DNA of 64,000 nucleotides, taken from assembly GCA_002269645.1 (NCBI GenBank), contig NIVC01002766.1, positions 78,331 through 142,330 of the forward strand. The letters run 5' to 3'. Under the pieces are notes generated by a model, which saw only the letters and a program-made list of their open reading frames with translations, did no database searches and was not told the origin of the DNA. Position 1 is the first letter of the stretch. Each line of letters starts with the position of its first letter. The translations under genes and the position numbers were made by a program. This DNA is from Macrostomum lignano (Eukaryota). This document shows positions 25,632-37,600 of the stretch, piece after piece.

Positions 25632-25949
25632 ATGGCCCCAGCCTATGAGATCTGTGTCGGCCTGAAAAAGGGCCACCGCATCACGGCCAACACACCTCGC
25701 CCCAAGCCAGCCAATCGTCGGGGCAAAAGTACTAAAAATAACAAATTTGTCCGCTCCGTTATTCGCGAAATTGTCGGCTACGCGCCGTACGAGAGGCGAA
25801 TTGTTGAACTGTTGAAAATCTCCAAGGACAAGCGGGCGCTGAAGTTTGCTAAGCGTCGGCTTGGATCGCATCTGCGCGCCAAACGCAAGCGCGAAGAGAT
25901 GGTGCGAGTTGTGCAGGCGCAGCATCGCAAGAAGGAGCAGAAGGAGTAA
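25632..25949 (+). CDS. RPL36: 60S ribosomal protein L36 (eL36)
   Basis: [15 protein letters not shown]...[53 protein letters not shown] is diagnostic of eL36. Confidence 0.98.
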   Translation: MAPAYEICVGLKKGHRITANTPRPKPANRRGKSTKNNKFVRSVIREIVGYAPYERRIVELLKISKDKRALKFAKRRLGSHLRAKRKREEMVRVVQAQHRKKEQKE

Positions 25950-26115
25950 CTTGACCCGATGACCCTTGCCATCTGTGGCTCTTTAATGTCGAGTTATGTT
26001 GTGTCCTAATTCAATTATACAGAACACTCGACAAATGCTTGGATTGAAAAAATCATTTTGTGTAAACAATTAAGCGACTGTCTTTTGTTGTTCATATTGC
26101 CTTTGTTATTTATAA

Positions 26116-27389
26116 TCTAGAACATCAGTGTTTGTACAGGTGCCAGAATCTAGAACATCAGTGTTTGTACAGGTGCCAGAATCTAGAACACCAGTGTTTG
26201 TACAGGTGCCAGAATCTAGAACATCAGTGTTTGTACAGGTGCCAGAATCTAGAACATCAGTGTTTGTACAGGTGCCAGAATCTAGAACACCAGTGTTTGT
26301 ACAGGTGCCAGAATCTAGAACATCAGTGTTTGTACAGGTGCCAGAATCTAGAACATCAGTGTTTGTACAGGTGCCAGAATCTAGAACATCAGTGTTTGTA
26401 CAGGTGCCAGAATCTAGAACACCAGTGTTTGTACAGGTGCCAGAATCTAGAACATCAGTGTTTGTACAGGTGCCAGAATCTAGAACATCAGTGTTTGTAC
26501 AGGTGCCAGAATCTAGAACATCAGTTTGAGTACAGGTGCCAGAATCTAGAACATCAGTTTGAGTACAGGTGCCAGAATCTAGAACACCAGTGTTTGTACA
26601 GGTGCCAGAATCTAGAACATCAGTTTGAGTACAGGTGCCAGAATCTAGAACATCAGTTTGAGTACAGGTGCCAGAATCTAGAACACCAGTGTTTGTACAG
26701 GTGCCAGAATCTAGAACATCAGTGTGAGTACAGGTGCCAGAATCTAGAACACCAGTGTTTGTACAGGTGCCAGAATCTAGAACATCAGTGTACAGGTGCC
26801 AGAATCTAGAACATCAGTGTTTGTACGGGTGCTAGAATCTAGAACACCAGTGTTTGTACAGGTGCCAGAATCTAGAACATCAGTTTGAGTACAGGTGCCA
26901 GAATCTAGAACACCAGTGTTTGTACAGGTGCCAGAATCTAGAACATCAGTGTTTGTACAGGTGCCAGAATCTAGAACACCAGTGTGAGTACAGGTGCCAG
27001 AATCTAGAACATCAGTGTTTGTACAGGTGCTAGAATCTAGAACACCAGTGTTTGTACAGGTGCTAGAATCTAGAAAACCAGTGTTTGTACAGGTGCCAGA
27101 ATCTAGAACACCAGTGTGAGTACAGGTGCCAGAATCTAGAACATCAGTGTTTGTACAGGTGCCAGAATCTAGAACACCAGTGTGAGTACAGGTGCCAGAA
27201 TCTAGAACATCAGTGTTTGTACAGGTGCCAGAATCTAGAACATCAGTTTGAGTACAGGTGCCAGAATCTAGAACATCAGTTTGAGTACAGGTGCCAGAAT
27301 CTAGAACACCAGTGTTTGTACAGGTGCCAGAATCTAGAACATCAGTTTGAGTACAGGTGCCAGAATCTAGAACACCAGTGTCAGTACAA
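26116..27389. repeat. 33-bp minisatellite (TCTAGAACATCAGTGTTTGTACAGGTGCCAGAA), ~38 copies, between RPL36 and NPL
   Basis: Direct periodicity; variants TGTTTG, TTTGAG and TGTGAG. Confidence 0.97.
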
Positions 27390-27821
27390 GCGTCGAGTCT
27401 AATGCAATGTAAACATGTACGTAATGCATACGGTCTGCTGGTAAATCAAGTTCTCCAGATTGTTTATGTAACGCCAAAATCCAATAGAGTGAGGTACTTT
27501 CAATGCGTGTACCTGCAAAGTTATTCAAAAAAAAACTCTGAGCTCCTCAACAACCGCTGATATGCATTTAGGCACGTGCTCAAAAACTGTACCCAATCAA
27601 TCTGCCGCAGTGTAACTAGAGAAGTCGGTAATATTGTTGAATAATTCAGACATTTTCGTTCGAGGCACGCATGCATTTACTTGAAACTTGAAACAAACGT
27701 GTCTTATTCCCACCCGGAGGCTAGCGTATAAAATAACACTCAAAACACCCCAACAGGTGTTTCAGCCCTACTACTCGAGTGGTTCTCGTTACTCGTTACT
27801 CGTTACCAGTCAAGTTTTACA

Positions 27822-29641
27822 ATGCAGCAATTCCGTTTACCCAGACTGACCGTCCCAACGTTCACCCCTATGACGCCAGACGGGGAGTTGGACCTGGACA
27901 AGATCCCAGCCTACGCCCGCCTGCTCAGCCAGTCCGGGGTACGGAGCGTCTTCGTCTGCGGCAGCACCGGCGAGTTCCCCAGTCTCAGTCTGGACGAGCG
28001 CAGGCGTGTTCTCGAAGCCTGGTGTCAGGCCCGCGCTGACGGCCTAATCGACACGGTGACCGCTCACGTGGGCACCTGCTGTCTCAAGGACACCATCCTA
28101 CTGGCCAGACACGCCGTGCAAAAGTGCAACGCGGACGCTGTAGCATCCGTGGCTCCCTGGTACTTCCCTATTGACCAGATCGACGCTACAGTGGAACTGC
28201 TGGCCAAGGTGGCTGCTGAGTGCGACGGCAAGCCCTTCTATTATTACCACATCCCGATGTTCACCAACAGCAAGCTAGACGTGGCCCAGCTGATGCGCCG
28301 GGCCGCTGCACTTGTGCCGAACCTGGTCGGGCTGAAGTTCACGGACTCTTCGCTTAGTCAACTGGCCGCCTGCTCGGAGGTTGTTGCACCCGACGGGCGA
28401 CAGATGCAGGTGCAGGCGCGAGTTAAAGTTGCCTTTATGGTTGATTTATTATGATCTACTCAGACCTTCCCACACTACCCAACCTACTCAATCCATCCAA
28501 TCTACTTAACCTACTCAACCTACCAACATATCCAATCTACTTAACCTACCTAACCTACTAATCAACTTAACCTACTAAACCTACCAATCCATCCAGTCTA
28601 CTCAACCTACCAATCTACTCAACCTACCAATCCATCCAATCTACTCAACCTACCAATCTACTCAACCTACCAATCCATCCAATCTACTCAACCTACCAAT
28701 CCATCCAATCTACTCAACCTACCAATCCATCCAATCTACTCAACCTACCAATCCATCCAAATTACTCAACCTACCAATCCATCCAATCTACTCAACCTAC
28801 CAATCCATCCAATCTACTCAACCTACCAATCTACTCAACCTACCAATCCATCCAATCTACTCAACCTACCAATCCATCCAATCTACTCAACCTACCAATC
28901 CATCCAATCTACTCAACCTACCAATCCATCCAATCTACTCAACCTACCAATCCATCCAATCTACTCAACCTACCAATCCATCCAATCTACTCAACCTACC
29001 AATCCATCCAATCTACTCAACCTACCAATCCATCCAATCTACTCAACCTACCAATCCATCCAATCTACTCAACATACCAATCCATCCAATCTACTCAACC
29101 TACCAATCCATCCAATCTACTCAACCTACCAATCCATTCAATCTACTCAACCTACCAATCCATCCAATCTACTCAACCTACCAATCCATCCAATCTACTC
29201 AACCTACCAATCCATTCAATCTACTCAACCTACCAATCCATCCAATTTACTTAATCCACACCACAACAGGCCATAATCGGTCTGGACGACCTGACTTTGC
29301 CAGCCAGATCGGTGGGTGTCCTGGACGGCATCGGCGCCAGCTACAATCTGATTCCGGACGTTGTCAATTCTCTAGCCAACAGCTTTGACTCGGGCAATCT
29401 GAGCACAGCTCGCAGCGAGTCCAGCCGCATCCGGTCCCTATTCGAGGCGATCTCATCGGCAGTGGAAGGCTACGGTATGGTGTCGCTGTTAAAAACCACC
29501 ATGTCCTTGATGCGAATGGACCTAGGACCGCCGCGTCTGCCGTTGAAGCCGCTGAATTCGCCTGCTAGAATCATTCTAGAACAGCGGCTAAAGTTCGACG
29601 GATTCTTAGCCAGGGATGAAGCGCAAGAGAAGCTGGCTTGA
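27822..29641 (+). CDS. NPL: N-acetylneuraminate lyase / DHDPS-family aldolase; exons 27822-28409 and 29270-29641
   Basis: GSTGE substrate motif, YYYHIP catalytic Tyr, Schiff-base Lys in GLKFTD, and C-terminal MDLGPPRLPL as in animal NPL. Phase-0 intron CAG|GTGCAG...ACAACAG|GCC. Confidence 0.88.
28470..29255. repeat. 26-bp minisatellite (CTACTCAACCTACCAATCCATCCAAT), ~30 copies, NPL intron
   Basis: Direct periodicity; ends ~15 nt before the acceptor. Confidence 0.96.
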
Positions 29642-29859
29642 AGACCAACTGAATTTAGAATGACATTTTGAAGACAATCGACTGCCGAGTGTGATATTCA
29701 ATCAAGTTTAATCCAAAGACCACTTCAAATCAAAATAAAACTTATTATTTGAAATTGCAATATTTTTAGCTTCTGGACTTAAAGGTCATTTGAAGCTAAT
29801 AAATACACTTCTTTAATGGGTTTTCACCACTGTGTAACTTCCAGTGCCAAGTCGCTAGG

Positions 29860-30478
29860 GATTTTTGCTACTGGGGAATTCCTGCTACTGGGGAATTCCT
29901 GCTACTGGGGTATTCTTGCTACTGGGGTATTCCTGCTACTGGGGTATTATAGCTACTGGGGTATTCCTGCTACTGGGGTATTCCTGCTACTGGGGTATTC
30001 CTGCTACTGGGGTATTCCTGCTACTGGGGTATTCCTGCTACTGGGGTATTCCTGCTACTGGGGTATTCCTGCTACTGGGGTATTCCTGCTACTGGGGTAT
30101 TCCTGCTACTGGGGTATTCCTGCTATTGGGGTATTCTTGCTACCGGAGTATTCTTGCTACTGGGGTATTCCTGCTAGTGGGGTATTTCGATTATTGGGGA
30201 ATTCCTGCTACTGGGGTATTCCTGCTAGTGGGGTATTCTAGCTACTGGGGTATTCTAGCTACTGGGGTATTCCTGCTACTGGGGTATTCCTGCTACTGGG
30301 GTATTCCTGCTAGTGGGGTATTTCGATTATTGGGGAATTCCTGCTACTGGGGTATTCTAGCTACTGGGGTATTCTAGCTACTGGGGTATTCCTGCTACTG
30401 GGGTATTCCTGCTACTGGGGAATTCCTGCTACTAGGGTATTCCTGCTACTGGGGTATTCCTGCTAGTGGGGTATTCCT
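29860..30478. repeat. 17-bp minisatellite (GGGGTATTCCTGCTACT), ~36 copies, between the convergent 3' ends of NPL and NUMA1
   Basis: Direct periodicity. Confidence 0.96.
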
Positions 30479-31221
30479 ATACGGTATCTGAGAATTCCTG
30501 CTGTCGTCAAAGTTTTAAGGGCCGCTGTTAGAGTAGATTAGTGTAAAAAATTCCATGAAAACCCGTCAGTAATGACGACAATTTCAGTTTTAACAAAATG
30601 CATTACAACTAAAGCAGCAGAGACAGAGTTTTAATGTATTTGTGTGCGTGCAAGCAAACTGACGTTTTGCTATTAGTAGCAACAGCAACAATAAGGAAAT
30701 ATGATTTATGTAAAACAGCTTTTATTTGGTATTTGAGTGGACTATAAAATGTAAAATTAAAAAGTAACGGTTTATTTAAAGATTATTTAGGGTATGAATA
30801 TTTTTAGCACTAAATAATTAATTCATAAATGCGCGTATTTAAAACGGACTTGCTGTAGAAAAGACGGATGCTTAACAAAATGCCCACAACAGTAGGTTTA
30901 TTTTATAATAAATAAAGCCAAGAAAGAAGCAACAGTGACAACGAAAATGCATGCTAAATTATATTAAACTACTATGAGTAATAAAAAGCAGTAGAAATAA
31001 ACAAGGAAAACAGTTTTAACTGGGGAAAAGTACATACAGCACCAGTATGTTTTGTAAGCCAAAATGCAAACTATTCAACTCGGAAAAATGTTTAGAACAA
31101 AAAGAAACAACAAAAGCTTTTTTATTCAAATCAATCAGAACTAAAATAGCCAACTACTACTGGTAGTAGGCGACGCGGTATAAAACAGTTCAGTTGCTAT
31201 GGCAACGCACAGATTAATAAG

Positions 31222-31615
31222 TCAGTCGCCCATCACCAGTTTGCGTACAGTCTTAGCGCTGCTGCTGCCGCTGCCACCGCCTGCGGGTCGGCGAGGTCCC
31301 GGCCTGCCCGGGTTCATCTCGATGCTATAGACCAGGGTTTTCTTGGCTGGCACAACCGGTTCGGCCGAGCTAGACGAAGCTGATACAGAGCTGTTATTGT
31401 GCTGCTGCTGCCCAATGGCATGGCTGGAGCGATTCTCGCGTTCTGAGCCGCCGCTAGGCCAGCGCTGATGCTGCTGCGGCTGCTGCTGCTGTTGCTGCAG
31501 CGTCGACATGGAAGCCGACGTATTTTTCGGCCTAGTAGAAGCGGCGGCCGATGTCGTCGACGCCAGTCTTGGCGCGGCAGATTTCGGCGATTTGAACAGG
31601 CGCTGACGCTGAGGT

Positions 31616-31651
<36 letters not shown>

Positions 31652-34600
31652 ATTCCGCCAGCAGACAGGCGGTTACGATCGCTCAGCACAGCGGCGGATG
31701 TCGACGACCATGTCGACGCTAATGTCGATGTCAGGGCTGACGTGGCGATGGTTGAAGTGGACCGACTTGCCACGGCGGACGAAGCTGGGATTCAGTTTGA
31801 GGGGCAGCAAAATCAGTCTGCGAACATTGCACTGACACAAATTGACTGTCGAACGTACCTAAAGCTAAAATACGACATGTGTCGCCGTTTTCTGATACGA
31901 CTTTTCTCCGCGTTGCTTCCCTGCTCTCTCTTCTCTCTCCCCCCTCTATCTTCATTTCTTCCCCCTCTCTCTCCCCCTTATCCTCTTTTCTTCCCCCCTA
32001 TCCCTCCCCTCTATCCTCTTTCCTTCCCCCCCTCTCTCTCCTCTCTATCTTCTTTCCTCCACTCTCTCTCTCCCCTCTTATCTTCTTTCCTCCACTCTCT
32101 CTCTCCCCTCTTATCTTCTTTCCTCCACTCTCTCTCTCTCCCCTCTATCCTCTTTCCTCCACTCTCTCTCTCCCCTCTTATCTTCTTTCCTCCACTCTCT
32201 CTCTCCCCTCTTATCTTCTTTCCTCCACTCTCTCTCTCCCCTCTATCCTCTTTCCTCCACTCTCTCTCTCCCCTCTTATCTTCTTTCCTCCACTCTCTCT
32301 CTCCCCTCTATCTTCTTTTCTTCCCCCATCTCTCTCTCCCCTCTTATCTTCTTTCCTCCACTCTCTCTCTCCCCTCTATCCTCTTTTCTTCCCCCATCTC
32401 TCTCTCCCCTCTTATCTTCTTTCCTCCACTCTCTCTCTCCCCTCTATCCTCTTTCCATCCCCCATCTCTCTCTCCCCTCTATCTTCTTCCCTTCCCCTCC
32501 CCTTCTCCCCCTTCTATCCCCCTCTTTCCCCTTTTCCCTCTCTTCCTTTCCCCTTCTCTTCCCTCCCCCCTTTTTTACTTCCCCTTCTCTTCGCTTCCCC
32601 TCTCTTATCTTCTCCTCTCTTCCACCCCCTCTCTTCCCTTCCCCTCTCTTCCCTTCCCCTCTCTTCCCCCCTTCTCTTCCATCCCCCTCTCTCCCCTCCC
32701 CTTCTCTTCCATCCCTCCTCTTCCCTCCCCCTCTTCCCTCCCCTTCTCTTCAATCCCCCTCTCTTCCCTCCGCCTCTCTTCCCTCCCCCTCTCTTCCCTC
32801 CCCTTCTCTTCCCTCCCCCTCTCTTCCCTCCGCCTCTCTTCCCTCCCCCTCTCTTCCCTCTCCTCCCTTTCCTCTCCCCTCTCTTCCACCCAGGGATCAC
32901 TTTTTTATCACTGAGGCTACAATGCCACTCACCAGTGGACTCAACAATAGACCTGGGCGTAACGCTAGCAGTCTGAGTCTCAACCGGATACGAGCTGCGC
33001 AGCTGAGCCGGCTGCCGCTGATTCCTCTGCTGCAGTTCCGCGATACGCTTCCACTCAAGCAGATGCGCATCCTCGTCTTCGCAGGACAGCTGGCCGCCTT
33101 TTCCGCCGCCGCCACCACCTGCGCCACCAGCAGCGGCCGAGCAGCCGTTATTACTAGCGTTATTACTAGTGCTCAGAGCGAACGGTCTGCGATCAAACAC
33201 TGGTGAAGCGGCCATGTTCACGTCGGAGTTTGCCCGCACCAGCTGGTGCACCCGGTTCGACTGCAGCGGCGGCGTTGTCGGCAACTGGCGCTGCTCGTCG
33301 GCAGGCTCCGGCGATTCAACAACTCCACCGTTGCGACGCTGCTGTGCCGTGCGGATGTTGGCGGCCTCCTCCAGTTCCTGGCATCTCACCAGCAGGCGCT
33401 CCTTCATCTCAGCTTCTTCGTTGCGCTCTTCGATGGCTTTTTTCAATGCCGCCTTTCTACGCTGACAGGCCTCAACTAGGCTGGCCTGCTCAAGCTCCAC
33501 CTGGTGGAGACTGGACCGCAGCTTGTGCGCCTTTGGGGTGGGATGGGGCGCAAAGCAACCATGGCATAGAGAATCGTGATATGTATCAATAATCCATGCG
33601 AAAATTCACTTAATCTTCTCTCACACAGGTACATAATTCCTGACACAAACCTTGAATCCCTGACACATACCAAGAATTCCTGACACATACCAAGAATTCC
33701 TGACACAAACCAAGAATCCCTGACACATACCAAGAATCCCTGACACATACCAAGAATTCCTGACAGAAACCAATAATCTCTGACACATTCCAAGAATCCC
33801 TGACACATGTCTAAAATCCCTGACACAAAACTAGAAACCCCGACAAACCTCCGCCTTGGATGCCTTCAACTCCTCCTCCGCAGCCTCCAGCTCTTTAGTC
33901 AGCCTATCCGTCACGGCTTTAACCTCGCGTTGAACTTCTTCGCGGGCAGCTGCCGAGGCGCGCAGCTCGGCGCCGCTGCGCTGCCGATTGCTTCGATACT
34001 GCAGCTCCTGCAGCTGGTCCTGCAGCTCGGCCAGCTCCAGCTCCGACTTCGTTCGCAACTCGCGCAGCTTGTTGGCCGCTTCGGACTCCGCCTGCAGCCG
34101 ATCGCTAGTGGTCGCGAGTTCGCGTCGGAGCCTGGCCGATTCGCGCTGCAACTCGTCCTGCTGGCTGGCCGCCAAGGCCAACCGATTGGACAGGCGATCG
34201 ATCTCGGCATCTCGGCTGAGCAGCTCGTCTTCGCAATCGGCCAGGCGGCGCTGAAGGCTCTCGACTTTGCGCTGGGCTCGGTCGCGTTCCATGGCGATCG
34301 ATTCCGACGCCTGCTCGGCCGCTTGGCGGGCCTGTGCGAGGTTATTATGATTTATGATCAGGTATTGTTTGCGTTTGGAGTTTCCAGCATTGCATTTTTA
34401 GCTCAGGTTTTGCTCCATAGACTTTTTTGGCGCCATCCTGACGCCTTTTACAGGGCCATTCTGACATTTCTCAGCTTCATTCTGACACATTTCTCAGCTT
34501 CATTCTGACACATTTCTCAGCTTCATTCTGACACATTTCTCAGCTTTATTCTGACACATTTCTCAGCTTCATTCTGACACGTTTCTGAGCTTCATCCTGA

Positions 34601-37600
34601 CACAATTCTCAGCTTCATCTTGACACATTTTTAAGCGCCATCCTGACACATTTCTCAGCTTCATTCTGACACATTTCTGAGCTTCATTCTGACACATTTC
34701 TGAGCTTCATTCTGACACATTTCTCAGCTTCATTCTGACTCATTTCTCAGCTTCATTCTGACACATTTCTCAGCTTCATTCTGACACATTTCTCAGCTTC
34801 ATTCTGACACATTTCTCAGCTTCATTCTGACACATTTCTCAGCTTTATTCCGACACATTTCTCAGCTTCATTCTGACACGTTTCTGAGCTTCATCCTGAC
34901 ACAATTCTCAGCTTCATCTGGACACATTTTTAAGCGCCATCCTGACACATTTCTCAGCTTCATTCTGACACATTTCTCAGCTTCATTCTGACACATTTCT
35001 CAGCTTCATTCTGACACATTTTTCAGCTTCATTCTGACACATTTCTCAGCTTCATTCTGACACATTTCTCAGCTTCATTCTGACACATTTCTCAGCTTCA
35101 TTCTGACACATTTCTCAGCTTTATTCCGACACATTTCTCAGCTTCATTCTGACACGTTTCTGAGCTTCATCCTGACACAATTCTCAGCTTCATCTGGACA
35201 CATTTTTAAGCGCCATCCTGACACATTTCTCAGCTTCATTCTGACACATTTCTCAGCTTCATTCTGACACATTTCTCAGCTTCATTCTGACACATTTTTC
35301 AGCTTCATTCTGACACATTTCTCAGCTTCATTCTGACACATTTTGCAGCTTCATTCTGACAAATTTCGCAGCTTCATTCTGATAAATTTCGCAGCTTCAT
35401 TCTGACACATTTCTGAGCTTCATTCTGACACATTTCTCAGCTTCATTCTGACACATTTCTGAGCTTCATTCTGACACATTTCTGAGCTTCATTCTGACAC
35501 ATTTTTCAGCTTCATTCTGACAAATTTCGCAGCTTCATTCTGACACATTTCTGAGCTTCATTCTGACACATTTCTCAGCTTCATTCTGACACATTTTCAG
35601 CTTCATTCTGACACATTTCTCAGCTTCATTCTGACACATTTCTCAGCTTCATTCTGACACATTTCTGAGCTTCATTCTGACACATTTCTCAGCTTCATTC
35701 TGACACATTTCTCAGCTTCATTCTGACACATTTCTCAGCTTCATCCTGACACATTTCTCAGCTTCATTCTGACACATTTCTCAGCTTCATTCTGACACAT
35801 TTTTCAGCTTCATTCTGACACATTTCTCAGCTTCATTCTGACACATTTCTCAGCTTCATTCTGACACATTTCTCAGCTTCATTCTGACACATTTCTCAGC
35901 TTCATCCTGACACCTTTTTAGCTTTATTCTGACAAATCTTTTATCGCCTTAACCCTGTGACACACTAACACGAGCGTAAAAGCAATCCTCCAATTATAAA
36001 TCAGCTCACTTTGACGATCTCAGCGTCAACCCTCGCCTTCTCCTCCGTCGCGGTGTCCAGCAGGGCCTCCCGCTCAGCCAGGCGTTTGTCCTTCTCAGAC
36101 AGGCTGTCGCGCATCAGGCGCAGCTCCTCCTGGAGATCTTTGCATCGGCGCTCGAGATTTTCGGCCAGCCGGCGAGAGTCCAACAGTTCGGCGCTGGGTT
36201 CGGGTTCGGCGGCGGCGGCTGCCGTAGCGGCTGCGGCAGCGGCGTCGGCTTCCAGTTGACAGATTCGCTCTTTGGCATTGTCGAGTTCGCATTGGATGTT
36301 GGTGAGCTCGCCTTCGAGTCGGAGTTGATTGTCCGCGGCGATCACCTGCTGGGCTTCCAGCTGCTCGTGCAGGTCCGCAACTTTGCGTTGATTGGCCTGG
36401 AGATGTTGGGGATTTTGTTGAATTGAGTTGTGGGAGTATGAGTGCTTTGAATATTCTGAGCTGCACAATGGGGATATTCCAAACTACACAATGGGATATT
36501 CCAAGCTACACAATGGGATATTCTAAGCTACACAATGGGATATTCCAAGCTACACAATGGGATATTCTAAGCTACACAATGGGATATTCCAAACTACACA
36601 ATGGGATATTCCAAGCTACACAATGGGATATTCCAAGCTACACAATGGGATATTCCAAGCTACACAATGGGATATTCCAAGCTACACAATGGGATATTCT
36701 AAGCTACACAATGGGATATTCTAAGCTACACCATGGGATATTCCAAGCTACACAATGGGATATTCTAAGCTACACAATGGGATATTCTAAGCTACACAAT
36801 GGGATATTCCAAGCTACACAATGGGGATATTCTAAGCTACACAATGGGATATTCCAAGCTACACAATGAAGATATTCCAAACTACACAATGGGATATTCC
36901 AAGCTACACAATGGGATATTCCAAGCTACACAATGGGATATTCGAAGCTACACAATGGGATATTCCAAGCTACACAATGGGATATTCCAAGCTACACAAT
37001 GAAGATATTCCAAGCTACACAATGAAGATATTCCAAGCTACACAATGGGATATTCCAAGCTACACAATGGGATATTCCAAGCTACACAATGGGATATTCC
37101 AAGCTACACAATGAAGATATTCCAAGCTACACAATGAAGATATTCCAAGCTACACAATGGGATATTCCAAGCTACACAATGGGATATTCCAAGCTACACA
37201 ATGGGATATTCCAAGCTACACAATGGGATATTCCAAGCTACACAATGGGATATTCCAAGCTACACAATGGGATATTCCAAGCTACACAATGGGATATTCC
37301 GAGCTACACAATGGGATATTCCAAGCTACACAATGGGATATTCCAAGCTACACAATGGGATATTCCAAGCTACACAATGAAGATATTCCAAGCTACACAA
37401 TGAAGATATTCCAAGCTACACAATGGGATATTCCAAGCTACACAATGGGATATTCCAAGCTACACAATGGGATATTCCAAGCTACACAATGGGATATTCC
37501 AAGCTACACAATGGGATATTCCAAGCTACACAATGGGATATTCCAAGCTACACAATGGGATATTCTAAGCTACACAATGGGATATTCCAAACTACACAAT

